From assembly GCA_964569575.1 (NCBI GenBank), contig CAZMTL010000005.1:9053-73052 (forward strand): a DNA stretch of 64,000 bases, given 5' to 3'. Below, in pieces: positions 26,125 to 35,803 of the stretch. The stretch's first letter is position 1; each line of letters starts with the position of its first letter. Source of the stretch: an uncultured Gammaproteobacteria bacterium. GTDB lineage: Bacteria > Patescibacteriota > Patescibacteriia > UBA9934. Below the pieces are notes generated by a model. It was not told where the DNA came from. It did no database searches and saw nothing but the letters and a program-made list of their open reading frames with translations. The translations under genes and the position numbers were made by a program.

Positions 26125-26718
26125 TTATCGCGCGGCCAGGCAGGTGTTGGGCATGTCGCCCGTCTCGCCCGGGGTGGGCTGACGAGCGACATTGCACCAA
26201 CGCGCGGGGCACTGGTCGGTGGCCCCGAAGATGCGCGTGAAGCCCTCGTGGGCCAGCGCACCTTCACCGATGGTCTTGAGGTCGAGGCAGTTGGCCTCGA
26301 CCGCCTTCTTGATCGTGGATGGCTTGCCGTCCACGGTGGGGGTGAAGTGCATCTCGCCGTTGGCGGAGCACTCCACGTCGCGGAGGCTCCAAGCCTGTCC
26401 GCTCCAGGTGAAGGCCACGACGCCGTTGACGGGCATCGTGGCGGGGGCGAGGCAGCTGATGAGCTGCTCGTTCTCGTTCGGCGTCACCGTCTCCCCGACC
26501 ACCTGGGTGGTGGTCGGGGAGACGGCAGGGGGCCACATCATCCACGCAGCGCTCGTGAGAGCGAGGAGGATGAGGCCGATGCCCAGCAGGCTGAGGAGGC
26601 TGATGCCCCCGCACCCGATGGTCGTCGGCCACCACGAGCGCGTCGCGCGTCGCGGGGGCGGCGTGGGGCGACCCGGGAAGGGGGCGTCCGTGGGGTCCTG
26701 GTTGGGTTCGATCGCCAT
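26125..26718 (-). CDS. Hypothetical single-pass membrane protein (Pro-rich cytoplasmic N-terminus, TM helix, Cys-containing ectodomain) in a high-GC island
   Basis: ATG at 26718 with a GGAG SD; high GC3; a perfect TTGACA -35 at 26812-26817 on the minus strand. Confidence 0.6.
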   Translation of the reverse strand: MAIEPNQDPTDAPFPGRPTPPPRRATRSWWPTTIGCGGISLLSLLGIGLILLALTSAAWMMWPPAVSPTTTQVVGETVTPNENEQLISCLAPATMPVNGVVAFTWSGQAWSLRDVECSANGEMHFTPTVDGKPSTIKKAVEANCLDLKTIGEGALAHEGFTRIFGATDQCPARWCNVARQPTPGETGDMPNTCLAAR

Positions 26719-26852
26719 GGATTACTCCGTGCCAGCTCTTGCTGGCGGGTGTGAGGTAAGGGGGCCGACTTACTGAAGTCGACTGATTAAACTATCACAA
26801 AATAGTCTTTTTGTCAAGGAATATATAGTTATTTCTCCTAAAACCAAAAACC

Positions 26853-26878
26853 AGCCGGATTGGCTGGTTTTTGTGAAA
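26853..26878. terminator. Bidirectional terminator CCAGCC-GGAT-TGGCTGG with A/T flanks, 3' of rplT
   Basis: aaaaaccagccggattggctggtttttgtg. Confidence 0.65.
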
Positions 26879-26882
26879 TAAG

Positions 26883-27230
26883 CTATTTCTTTGCTGTTTC
26901 TACGATCTTTTTGAAGACGTTTGGATAGTGTTCTGCAATTTGAGCTAGAACTTTTCGGTCTAGTTCGATTCCTGCGATCTTTAATCCGTTGATCAACTGT
27001 GAGTAGGTTGTTCCGTTTGCACGGGCTCCTGCGTTGATCTTTACGCTCCAAAGACGTCGGAAGACGCGCTTTTTTGCTCGGCGATCTCGGAAGGCGTTTA
27101 CTCCAGCTTTTAGGAAGGCTGGACGTGCCAATCGAATTTTATTTTTTCGGCCCCATCGGTACCCTTTTACTTTCGCAAATAGGCTGTTTCGTCGTTTTAC
27201 GTGTTGGACCCCTCGTTTTACTCGTGCCAT
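26883..27230 (-). CDS. rplT: 50S ribosomal protein L20
   Basis: MARVKRGVQHVKRRNSLFAKVKGYRWGRKN... Confidence 0.95.
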   Translation of the reverse strand: MARVKRGVQHVKRRNSLFAKVKGYRWGRKNKIRLARPAFLKAGVNAFRDRRAKKRVFRRLWSVKINAGARANGTTYSQLINGLKIAGIELDRKVLAQIAEHYPNVFKKIVETAKK

Positions 27231-27231
27231 A

Positions 27232-27429
27232 TTATGAGTTGTAAGGCATTAGTGTTTGCAAGGCTGTTTTCTTCGTGCTCGGCACCTTTACGTCAGAACG
27301 CTTGTTTCGGCGTGTGTTTCCGTTTTCACGAGAGTTAAAATGACCTTGACCAGCTTTTCGTTTAATCACTTTGCCGGTTTTTGTGATCTTCATGCGCTTC
27401 GAAAGCGCTTTGTGCGTTTTTTGCTTCAT
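27232..27429 (-). CDS. rpmI: 50S ribosomal protein L35
   Basis: MKQKTHKALSKRMKITKTGKVIKRKAGQGHFN...; no infC upstream. Confidence 0.9.
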   Translation of the reverse strand: MKQKTHKALSKRMKITKTGKVIKRKAGQGHFNSRENGNTRRNKRSDVKVPSTKKTALQTLMPYNS

Positions 27430-27690
27430 ATCACTTTTATTGACGCTTGTTGTGGCCGATCTTAATTGATCGTTGAAGCCAAATACAATGCGAGAATGAA
27501 CGGTGGGAGTATACGGGAAGAAGCGGATTTCGTCAAGATTTTGATCATTTCGTCCTAACCTTGACCAAAAACGGATTTTTCTTTATACTTCCGGCCATAA
27601 ATCAACTAATTTTCAGACCTGAAAACCCTTTTTGATCATCCTCCCGATTCGCTCGGGCGATCGAAAAGCAGGTCGACGTACAAGGAATTT

Positions 27691-28533
27691 ATGAAAACTA
27701 TTCCAACATTGGAAGAATTGCTAAAAGCCGGAGTTCACTTCGGACATCGTACATCTCGATGGCACCCTAAGATGGGACCGTATATTTTTGGCGTTCGAAG
27801 TGGTATTCACATTATCGATATCGCTCAGACACAAAAGTATCTTCAAGAAGCTGGTGAGTATATCAAAACAGTTGTTGGCCGAGGCGGTACTATTTTGTTC
27901 GTTGGAACAAAGAACCAAATTACCGATGCGGTAGAAAAATCAGCAAAAGCGTGTTCAATGCCTTACATCAATAACCGATGGCTTGGTGGAACATTTACGA
28001 ATTTCACAGAAATTCAAAAGTTGATTCGAGAATATCTTGATTTGCAAGATAAGCGTTCGAAGGGTGATTTGAAGAAGTACACAAAACTTGAACAGTTGCA
28101 GTTCGATCGCAAGATTGACGAATTGGATGAAAAGATTGGTGGTATTTCTACATTGACTCGTCTTCCAGATGCGATTTTTGTCTTCGATGTACGAACAGAA
28201 AAGACAGCGATTGCGGAAGCTCGAAAGCGTGGAGTAAAGGTGATTGCGATTTGCGATACAAACGTAAATCCAACTGACATTGATTACGTTATTCCAGCAA
28301 ACGATGATTCTATCCGAGGAACTGAATTGATCGGAAAGGTGATTGCGGAAATGGTGAACGAAGGAAAGAAGTTGGTTGGAAAATCAGCGGATCAATCTAA
28401 AGCTCCTGCAAAGAAAGTACAGAAAGAAGAAGAGGTTGATGTAACAAGTGCTTCAAAAGAAACGGTTGAAGACTTGGATGATGAAATCAAAGAGAAGCTC
28501 GCGAAAGAACGAGAAGAAACTCTTAAAAAATAG
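27691..28533 (+). CDS. rpsB: 30S ribosomal protein S2
   Basis: LLKAGVHFGHRTSRWHPKM...; AAGGAA SD. Confidence 0.95.
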   Translation: MKTIPTLEELLKAGVHFGHRTSRWHPKMGPYIFGVRSGIHIIDIAQTQKYLQEAGEYIKTVVGRGGTILFVGTKNQITDAVEKSAKACSMPYINNRWLGGTFTNFTEIQKLIREYLDLQDKRSKGDLKKYTKLEQLQFDRKIDELDEKIGGISTLTRLPDAIFVFDVRTEKTAIAEARKRGVKVIAICDTNVNPTDIDYVIPANDDSIRGTELIGKVIAEMVNEGKKLVGKSADQSKAPAKKVQKEEEVDVTSASKETVEDLDDEIKEKLAKEREETLKK

Positions 28534-28559
28534 TCGGTAATAAAATTAAAGCAACGTGT

Positions 28560-29153
28560 ATGGACATTAAAGCAAGTGATGTCGCGAAGTTGCGTTCAAT
28601 GACCAATGTCGGAATGATGGAGGCAAAGAGCGCATTGACAGAAGCGGCTGGGGATTTTGATCAGGCGGTAGAAATTCTTCGAAAGAAAGGTTCTGCAAAG
28701 GCTGCGAAGAAAGCTGATCGTGAAACATCGGAAGGACGAGCGCATTGCTACATGCATTCGAACGGAAAGATTGGTGTGGTGGTAGAAGTGTTGTGCGAAA
28801 CAGACTTTGTGGCGCGCAACGAGGCATTTGTGGAATTGTGTAACGATATCGCGCTTCACATTACGGCGATGCTTCCACTTTACACTTCACGCGCAGATGT
28901 TCCTGAAGAAATGGTTGCAAAGGAAAAGGAATTGATGAAAGAGCAGTTGGCGGCAGAAGGGAAACCTGCAGATATGCTTGATAAGATTGTTGAAGGAAAG
29001 ATGAATAAGTTTTATGAAGATATGGTGCTTCTAGAGCAGAAATTTATCAAAGACGAAGATTTGACGATTCAACAGTTGTTGGATGCAAAAATTCAATCAC
29101 TTGGAGAAAATATCCAAATTAAACGATTTGCTCGATTGGCGATCGGAGAATAG
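28560..29153 (+). CDS. tsf: Elongation factor Ts (short form)
   Basis: VAKLRSMTNVGMMEAKSALTEAAGDFDQAVEILRKKG. Confidence 0.9.
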   Translation: MDIKASDVAKLRSMTNVGMMEAKSALTEAAGDFDQAVEILRKKGSAKAAKKADRETSEGRAHCYMHSNGKIGVVVEVLCETDFVARNEAFVELCNDIALHITAMLPLYTSRADVPEEMVAKEKELMKEQLAAEGKPADMLDKIVEGKMNKFYEDMVLLEQKFIKDEDLTIQQLLDAKIQSLGENIQIKRFARLAIGE

Positions 29154-29158
29154 TGAAA

Positions 29159-29190
29159 AAACAGACTTCTTTACGAGGTCTGTTTTTTTA
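29159..29190 (+). terminator. Rho-independent terminator after tsf (ACAGAC...GTCTGT then T8)
   Basis: aaaaaacagacttctttacgaggtctgtttttttatttt. Confidence 0.65.
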
Positions 29191-29249
29191 TTTTCGTTTT
29201 GGATTCGTGCTATACTGTAAATAGTTGTTCTATTTTTTTGAATTTTTTT

Positions 29250-30260
29250 ATGTCACGAATTGCAATCAATGGGTTTGGTCGAATTGGACGTTGTACCTTG
29301 CGTGCAGCATGGGGTAAGGCGGGGTTTTCGGTGGTAGCAATTAACGATTTAACCGACCCGGCGACATTGGCACACCTTCTTAAGTACGACACTAATTATG
29401 GTGTTTGGTCGGAAGAGGTGAAGGCAGGGAAGGATTATCTTCAGATTGGGAAGGAGAAGATTCCTGTATACGGCATGCGAAATCCAGAGGAGCTTCCGTG
29501 GAAAGATTTGCAGGTGGATGTGGTGATTGAATCGACAGGAGTCTTTTTGACAAAAGAATTGGCTGAAAAACACATTACAGCCGGTGCACGACATGTGGTT
29601 ATTTCGGCTCCGGCAAAGGGAGGAGATGTTCCTACGTACGTACTTGGTGCGAATGAAAAAGGGGCTTCGACTGAAAAATCGAAAGTGATTAACAATGCTT
29701 CTTGTACGACCAATTGCACGGCGCCGGTTGTGGCTATTTTGGATGCGGCGTTTGGTGTGAAGAAGGCGATGTTGACTACGGTTCATGGTTATACAGCGGA
29801 TCAAAGTTTGGTAGATGGTCCGCACAAGGATTTGCGACGTGCACGTGCGGCGGCGATGAATATTATTCCTACATCAACCGGTGCCGCTCAAGCGACGGCG
29901 GAAACACTTCCTTCACTTAAGAATAAGTTTGACGGGCTGGCTATTCGTGTTCCGGTTTCGACGGTTTCGTTGTCAGATATTACTTTTGTTTTGAAGAAGA
30001 AGGTGACGGTTGAGCAGGTGAATGAGGCATTGAAAAAAGCAGCGAAGTCGCCACGTTGGAAGGGCATTGTTGGCTTTGAAACAGCGCCCCTTGTTTCGAG
30101 TGATTTTAAAGGATCGCCCTATTCTTCTATTGTCGACGCGGGTTTGACGCGTGTTGTTGATGGTGATTTGGTGAAGGTGGTGGCTTGGTATGATAATGAA
30201 TGGGGGTATGCGAACCGGTTAGCGGAGATGGCGGTCTTCTTTGGAAAACGTAAAAAGTAA
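29250..30260 (+). CDS. gap: Glyceraldehyde-3-phosphate dehydrogenase
   Basis: ORF 29199..30260 trimmed to MSRIAINGFGRIGR; active-site SCTTNC. Confidence 0.95.
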   Translation: MSRIAINGFGRIGRCTLRAAWGKAGFSVVAINDLTDPATLAHLLKYDTNYGVWSEEVKAGKDYLQIGKEKIPVYGMRNPEELPWKDLQVDVVIESTGVFLTKELAEKHITAGARHVVISAPAKGGDVPTYVLGANEKGASTEKSKVINNASCTTNCTAPVVAILDAAFGVKKAMLTTVHGYTADQSLVDGPHKDLRRARAAAMNIIPTSTGAAQATAETLPSLKNKFDGLAIRVPVSTVSLSDITFVLKKKVTVEQVNEALKKAAKSPRWKGIVGFETAPLVSSDFKGSPYSSIVDAGLTRVVDGDLVKVVAWYDNEWGYANRLAEMAVFFGKRKK

Positions 30261-30261
30261 T

Positions 30262-30756
30262 ATGCGTAGCGTTACTTCTTTTCAGCGATTTGAGCAAGAG
30301 GTGCACAAGCCTTCGTTTGCGGTTTTATTTGTTGTTTTGCGAGTTTTGATTGGGTTGCAATTTTTGCTCGCCGGGATAGCTAAACTAGGAGATTGGTCGG
30401 CAGAAGGGTATTTGCTTGCAGCAACTGGTCCGTTTGCGAATGTGTTTCATTCGATGGCGGGAAATGGTTTTGTTGATGTGTTGAATGTTGCTGGTCAAAT
30501 TGCCGTTGGCGCGGCGCTTATACTAGGACTGTGCGTTCGACCAGCGTCGTTTTTTGGTGCGATCATGATTCTGCTGTATTACTTTGCTCATTTTGAACAA
30601 AACACAGTGAATGGCTTGGTTGAATATCATCTTATCTATTTTGTGCTATTTTGCCTGTTCCTTGCAGGAGGTGCTGGTCGGTTGTTTGGTCTTGATGGTA
30701 TTGCTGCAAGACTGTTTAAGCGGCGAAAAAACGTCGTGGCGATCTTGTTTGGATAA
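30262..30756 (+). CDS. DoxX-family membrane protein
   Basis: 4 TM helices; LRVLIGLQFLLAGIAKL motif; start ATG 2 nt after the gap stop. Confidence 0.55.
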   Translation: MRSVTSFQRFEQEVHKPSFAVLFVVLRVLIGLQFLLAGIAKLGDWSAEGYLLAATGPFANVFHSMAGNGFVDVLNVAGQIAVGAALILGLCVRPASFFGAIMILLYYFAHFEQNTVNGLVEYHLIYFVLFCLFLAGGAGRLFGLDGIAARLFKRRKNVVAILFG

Positions 30757-30758
30757 CT

Positions 30759-32051
30759 ATGGCATACGCTGAGCGAATCGTTATCGTGGGTGCAGGATTT
30801 GGCGGCTTGGCAACAGCGTTATTCCTTGCTCGAATGGCTCCTGAAAAGGAAGTTGTTTTGATTGATCGTTCAGAATTTCATTTTTATACTCCTTGGTTAT
30901 ACGAAGTTGCGTCGGCTTTTTTAGGTCACTCGTCTTTAGAGTTGCGTTTACGAACATTGTCTACTATTCCGTTGAAGAAGATTGTTCAGTTGGCTCGTTT
31001 GAGTAATCTTCGATTCAAGCATCAAGAAGTTGGTTCTATTGATTTTTCGCAGAAAACGATTTCATTTTTGAATGAGCAAACGATTGTATACGATCGTCTA
31101 GTTCTGTCGCTTGGGCTTGAAACATTTTATGGTGGTGTAGAGGGAGCGGATCAGTACGCCTATTCTTTTTATTTACTTAATGACGTGATGGAGCTGCGTA
31201 AACGCATGAAAGATTTGCTTACGCGAAAGGAAGCGTTTTCGCTTTCAGTTATTGGCGGAGGTGCGGTGGGTGTTGAATATATTTGTGAACTTGCCTGCGC
31301 GTTCCGGAAAGCTGGTTTGCAGGAGAGGGTTTCGCTTCGGTTGATTGATCTTTTCCCTGAAGTGCTTTTTCGTTTCCCGACTCGCATGAGGCGTCGCGCT
31401 ACTGCTCGACTGCGTTCGCTTGGAGTTGAGTTGTGTATGGATACAGCGGTTCATAAGGTTTCGAGAGAAGCGATTGTTCTTGGTCCTCGTCCACGACAGC
31501 CTGACGAGCTCACGCTTACTAGTCCGTTTAAGGAGGATGTCGAGCTTTCTTCTTCGCTGGTTGTTTGGGCCGCCGGTGCGCGTCCGAATTCGCTTTTGAG
31601 TGCCATGAATCTTCCACTTGACGACAAGGGTCGTCTGAAGGTGTTGCCTCAGTTGCAGGTAGAGGGTCACCCGGATGTGTTTGCATTAGGAGACAGTATT
31701 TCAATTTTGTCTGAAGCGCGTCCTCGTGTTCATCAAGCGAGTGCGTGGATTGCTTTGCGTCAGGCTCGTTATTTGGCTCGCTATTTATCTGGAAAACGTT
31801 CTGGTGTTTTTCTCTCTGCAAAATCCGCTCCAGCCATTGTTACGTTGGGTGCTATGCATGGAACTTCCACATTTTTTGGTCGTTCGTTTTCGGGATTTGG
31901 TATATTTATCTTGAGGCGTTTTGTTGACTTAAATTATCTTCGAAAAATCCTTCCGTTTTTTGAAGCGTTCAAATTGTGGGTTGAGGCAGTGAGGTTATTT
32001 TCTAAAAACGATTTTTATGGAATTAAAGCAACTACAACTAAAGAGCGTTAA
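30759..32051 (+). CDS. FAD/NAD(P)-binding pyridine nucleotide-disulfide oxidoreductase (type-II NADH dehydrogenase / SQR-like)
   Basis: Two Rossmann motifs (IVIVGAGFGG; VIGGGAVGVE); 3' end overlaps the pgk start by 35 nt. Confidence 0.7.
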   Translation: MAYAERIVIVGAGFGGLATALFLARMAPEKEVVLIDRSEFHFYTPWLYEVASAFLGHSSLELRLRTLSTIPLKKIVQLARLSNLRFKHQEVGSIDFSQKTISFLNEQTIVYDRLVLSLGLETFYGGVEGADQYAYSFYLLNDVMELRKRMKDLLTRKEAFSLSVIGGGAVGVEYICELACAFRKAGLQERVSLRLIDLFPEVLFRFPTRMRRRATARLRSLGVELCMDTAVHKVSREAIVLGPRPRQPDELTLTSPFKEDVELSSSLVVWAAGARPNSLLSAMNLPLDDKGRLKVLPQLQVEGHPDVFALGDSISILSEARPRVHQASAWIALRQARYLARYLSGKRSGVFLSAKSAPAIVTLGAMHGTSTFFGRSFSGFGIFILRRFVDLNYLRKILPFFEAFKLWVEAVRLFSKNDFYGIKATTTKER

Positions 32052-33192
32052 AAAGGGGATGCGTGTATTGATGCGTATCGATGCGAATGTTCCGTTGAAA
32101 AACGGTAAAGTTGATACGGCGCAGGATTTTCGTTTGCGAGCCGTTGTCGATGATATTGAGCGTCTTTGTAAGAAAGGTGCTGTGGTTATTTTGATGACGC
32201 ATTTGGGTCGACCAAGTTCTAAACGAGAGGCTGAATATTCTACTCAACCTGTGGCTAAGCGTTTAAGCGTCTTGCTTTCGAGAAAGGTGCGTTTTGTGCC
32301 AAGTGTTGTTGGTTCGAATGTGGCCGAACTTGTTGTTCGTGCGAAGGGTGGTGACGTGTTTATGCTCGAAAATTTGCGGTTTGAGCTGGGGGAGGAGGAG
32401 AATTCTGTTGAATTTGCACGTCAACTTTCTGCGCTAGGGGAATTATATGTGAATAATGCTTTTGGTGTTTCGCATCGTGCTCACGCTTCCGTTCATGCGA
32501 TTACGCAGTTCCTGCCTTCGTTCGCGGGTTCATTATTGTGTAACGAGGTTTCTTCGCTGTCCGGATCCTTCTCTCGTCCGGCAGCGGTTATTTTGGGAGG
32601 TTTGAAGTTGGAAACAAAGATTCCGTTGATCGATCGTATGGCAGATAGAACAGATGCTTTTTTTATTGGCGGAGGTTCGGGAGTTGCATGTGTATCTGCG
32701 CAGAAGGGCAAGCGATTACGCTTAGCGCATGCGCTTATTTCGAAGGAAGAGATTGATCTCGCTCATGATTTATTGAAGCGGCATGGATCCAAATTGTATT
32801 TTCCTGTTGATTTTATTGTGAAGCACAAAGGTTCGGTTAAGCCCTCTGTTTGCTTAGCTGATGATTTAAAGGTAAGTGATCGCATTTATGATATTGGTCC
32901 AGGTACTTGTGTGCTTTTTGAGCGTTTAATGAAGGGAGTGAAATCTGTTTTTTGGAACGGGCCAATGGGTGCGGTTGAGCAAGTGTTTGCTCAGAAGGGA
33001 ACTCTATCTCTTGTTCGATCACTCGATTCTCTTCCTCGTGCTCGTAAGATTTTGGGAGGCGGTGATACGGTTGGATTTTTGGAGAAAAAGAAGATGCTGG
33101 ATTCTTTTTCGTTTGTTTCTACGGGCGGTGGTGCCATGATGGCTCTGCTTTCCGGGGAATCTTTACCAGGTTTAGAGGTATTACAAAAATAA
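32017..33192 (+). CDS. pgk: Phosphoglycerate kinase
   Basis: MRVLMRIDANVPL, NGPMGAVE, GGGDT, STGGGAMM. Confidence 0.95.
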   Translation: MELKQLQLKSVKKGMRVLMRIDANVPLKNGKVDTAQDFRLRAVVDDIERLCKKGAVVILMTHLGRPSSKREAEYSTQPVAKRLSVLLSRKVRFVPSVVGSNVAELVVRAKGGDVFMLENLRFELGEEENSVEFARQLSALGELYVNNAFGVSHRAHASVHAITQFLPSFAGSLLCNEVSSLSGSFSRPAAVILGGLKLETKIPLIDRMADRTDAFFIGGGSGVACVSAQKGKRLRLAHALISKEEIDLAHDLLKRHGSKLYFPVDFIVKHKGSVKPSVCLADDLKVSDRIYDIGPGTCVLFERLMKGVKSVFWNGPMGAVEQVFAQKGTLSLVRSLDSLPRARKILGGGDTVGFLEKKKMLDSFSFVSTGGGAMMALLSGESLPGLEVLQK

Positions 33193-33202
33193 TTTTCGTT
33201 TT

Positions 33203-34471
33203 ATGAAGGAGAAGATTGATGTTATTCATGCGCACGAAATTCTTGATTCGCGCGGCAACCCTACGCTTAACGTAACGGTGATGTTGAAGAATGGTGTTCG
33301 GGGTTCGGCTTCGGTGCCTTCCGGTGCATCTACGGGAATTCACGAGGTATTAGAGTTGCGTGATGGTGATAAGAGTCGTTATCGCGGTATGGGTGTTTTG
33401 AAGGCGGTAAAGAATGTGAATCAAATTATTGCCAAACAAATGCGAGGGCATGATGTGTATGATTTGATTGGATTAGATAATGGAATGAGAATTTTGGATG
33501 GAACGGTCAATAAGCATAAGTTAGGAGCAAATGCGATTTTAGGTGTTTCGATGGCGGCTGCTCATGCAGGGGCGCGTGCAAGTAGGAGGCATTTGTACGA
33601 GTATTTGCGTGAATTGTATTCTGTTCCTGAAACGAAATTTCGTTTACCTGTGCCGCTTATGAATGTGTTTAATGGCGGTTCGCATGCGGATACGAATTTA
33701 GATATGCAGGAATTCATTGTTGTTCCGCATGCGTTTAAAACCTTTTCTCGAAAGTTGCAGGCAGGAAGTGAAATTTTTCATGCGCTTGGAGATATTTTAA
33801 AAGCTGATGGACTTGATACCGACGTTGGGAACGAAGGCGGTTATGCACCCGATGTTGGAAAGACTGAACAGGCATTGGAGTATTTAATGAAGGCGATTAA
33901 GAAGGCGAAGTATAAGCCTGGCAAACAGGTTGGTTTAGGTATTGATGTGGCTGCGAGTGAATTTTTTGATGCAAAGACGGGAAAATATTTACTTAAGACG
34001 GATCGCCGGAAGCTTTCGGCAAAGGACATGACTGATTTGATTTATGGCTGGTCGAAGAAATATCCGTTTGTTTCGATTGAAGATCCTTTGGATCAGGATG
34101 CTTGGGAGGATTGGGTGTTGTTTACCGAGCGTTTGGGTAAGAAGTTGTTAGTTATTGGAGATGATTTTTACGTCACTAATCCCGAGCGTATTCAGAAGGG
34201 AATTGATATGAAGGCGGCGAATGCTATCTTGATCAAGATGAATCAAATAGGAACAATGTCCGAAACGATGGAAGCGATATTACTCGGAAAGAAATATAAG
34301 CAGAAGATTGTGATTTCTCATCGGTCTGGAGAGACTTCGGATACAACGATTGCGGATTTGGCAGTTGCGGTGAACGCCGAATATATCAAGACGGGTGCTC
34401 CTTCGCGTTCTGAACGTTTGGTGAAATATAATCGCTTACTCGAAATCGAAGAGGAATTATTGAGAAGTTAG
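33203..34471 (+). CDS. eno: Enolase
   Basis: IHAHEILDSRGNPTLNV...SHRSGETSDTTIADLAVA. Confidence 0.95.
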   Translation: MKEKIDVIHAHEILDSRGNPTLNVTVMLKNGVRGSASVPSGASTGIHEVLELRDGDKSRYRGMGVLKAVKNVNQIIAKQMRGHDVYDLIGLDNGMRILDGTVNKHKLGANAILGVSMAAAHAGARASRRHLYEYLRELYSVPETKFRLPVPLMNVFNGGSHADTNLDMQEFIVVPHAFKTFSRKLQAGSEIFHALGDILKADGLDTDVGNEGGYAPDVGKTEQALEYLMKAIKKAKYKPGKQVGLGIDVAASEFFDAKTGKYLLKTDRRKLSAKDMTDLIYGWSKKYPFVSIEDPLDQDAWEDWVLFTERLGKKLLVIGDDFYVTNPERIQKGIDMKAANAILIKMNQIGTMSETMEAILLGKKYKQKIVISHRSGETSDTTIADLAVAVNAEYIKTGAPSRSERLVKYNRLLEIEEELLRS

Positions 34472-34493
34472 ATGATCGAGCGTTTCTAAGATT

Positions 34494-35765
34494 TTATAGC
34501 TCGTGATCGTAATGCCAGCCGCTTGTGCGCATTTTGAAATGTGTTCCAAGCGTTGCTGCGCGTTGCCAGATTCCTGCTCCGTGCTTTGCCTGTAGTGTGT
34601 CGAGTGCTTGTAGAGTTTCGCGCACTTTTCTAGGTTTTACGAACAGGGATTCGGGTGATGGTATTTTTTGTAAATCAGAAGTACTGATACCGAGTAGTCT
34701 AATTCCATTCATTTCATTCACCTGATCTTTTAGAAGAGACCATGCGATTTGAAATATTTCTAAGCCGTCTTCTGTTGAATGAGGGAGGACTTTTTGCATT
34801 CCGAAGCCGCCGAAATTGTTATATCGGGCATAGACTGATATTTGTTTTGCGGTGAAGGATTTTTTTCTTAGCCTTGAAGCTACTTTGTCGCAGAGTGCGA
34901 GAAGATTTTTTTTGATTTCTTGTTCCGAGAATAGTTCGTAGGGGAAGGTGTACGAGTGACTGATAGATTTTTGTTCTTCTTCGAGGGAAGAAACTTCATC
35001 ACTTCCTATGCCGTTTGCGGCGAGATGCAGAAAGTGTCCGTAGCTTTTGAATTCACTTACAAGTACAGAAAGTGGAGTTTTCTGAAGGCTTTCGATCGAT
35101 GTGATTCCGATTTTGTGTAGGTGTTCTTCTGTTTGTTTTCCGATCCCGCAAATTGCCTGTAGTTCGTGATTACGCATGAACGAAGCGAGCTCGTGTGGCT
35201 GTACGACGGTGAGCCCATTTGGCTTGATCGATTCACCTGCGAGTTTTGCGATTAATTTATTCGGTCCTATGCCGATTGATGCTGTGCAAGCGATGCCGAT
35301 CTCTTTTTTGATGTCGTGACGAATTTTTTCGGCGAGAAATACGGCGGAAAAATAATCACCTGCTGCAATTGTCACGTCTGCGAATGCTTCGTCTGTACTG
35401 AATTGTTCTACGCTGTCGCTGTAACGTTTTAGAATTTCTAAAAAATGAGCTGTTACTTTACTGTATTTTTGAGGATCGCCTGGAATGATAATGAGTTCGG
35501 GACAAAGGCGCTTTGCCTGTGTCGAGCTCATGGCGGTTTTGACGCCTCGGGCTTTTGCTTCTTTTGATGCTGTTGTTATGACTGTTCTGTGGTGCTTTAA
35601 TGAGCTTAAAGAAACACTAGAGGTAGATCTGTTTGCGTAGAGGTCAATTGATTGTTTTCCTTTGCCTGCTACGGCGATGGCTTTTCCTCGTAGGAAGGGA
35701 TTAGCTTGTTGTTCGACAGAGGCAAAAAACGAATTGAAATCAAGGTGAAGGATGATTTTGTTCAT
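34494..35765 (-). CDS. dinB: DNA polymerase IV (Y-family)
   Basis: ILHLDFNSFFASVE...; Y-family palm/finger motifs. Confidence 0.9.
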   Translation of the reverse strand: MNKIILHLDFNSFFASVEQQANPFLRGKAIAVAGKGKQSIDLYANRSTSSVSLSSLKHHRTVITTASKEAKARGVKTAMSSTQAKRLCPELIIIPGDPQKYSKVTAHFLEILKRYSDSVEQFSTDEAFADVTIAAGDYFSAVFLAEKIRHDIKKEIGIACTASIGIGPNKLIAKLAGESIKPNGLTVVQPHELASFMRNHELQAICGIGKQTEEHLHKIGITSIESLQKTPLSVLVSEFKSYGHFLHLAANGIGSDEVSSLEEEQKSISHSYTFPYELFSEQEIKKNLLALCDKVASRLRKKSFTAKQISVYARYNNFGGFGMQKVLPHSTEDGLEIFQIAWSLLKDQVNEMNGIRLLGISTSDLQKIPSPESLFVKPRKVRETLQALDTLQAKHGAGIWQRAATLGTHFKMRTSGWHYDHEL

Positions 35766-35803
35766 AAGAGCAGCGTATTGAATATTGGATAAATATTGGT
35801 AAG

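Noticed and set aside
25005-26776. Several long plus-strand ORFs (25005..25982, 26056..26754, 26192..26776) and minus-frame alternatives (26264..26635, 25096..25422) inside the high-GC island
   Set aside because: High-GC DNA is stop-codon-poor in all frames. These translations are Arg/Ala/Gly/Pro-rich junk with low GC3 in their own frame. The minus-strand genes 24729..25964 and 26125..26718 have the GC3 skew, SD sites and TM topology of real genes.
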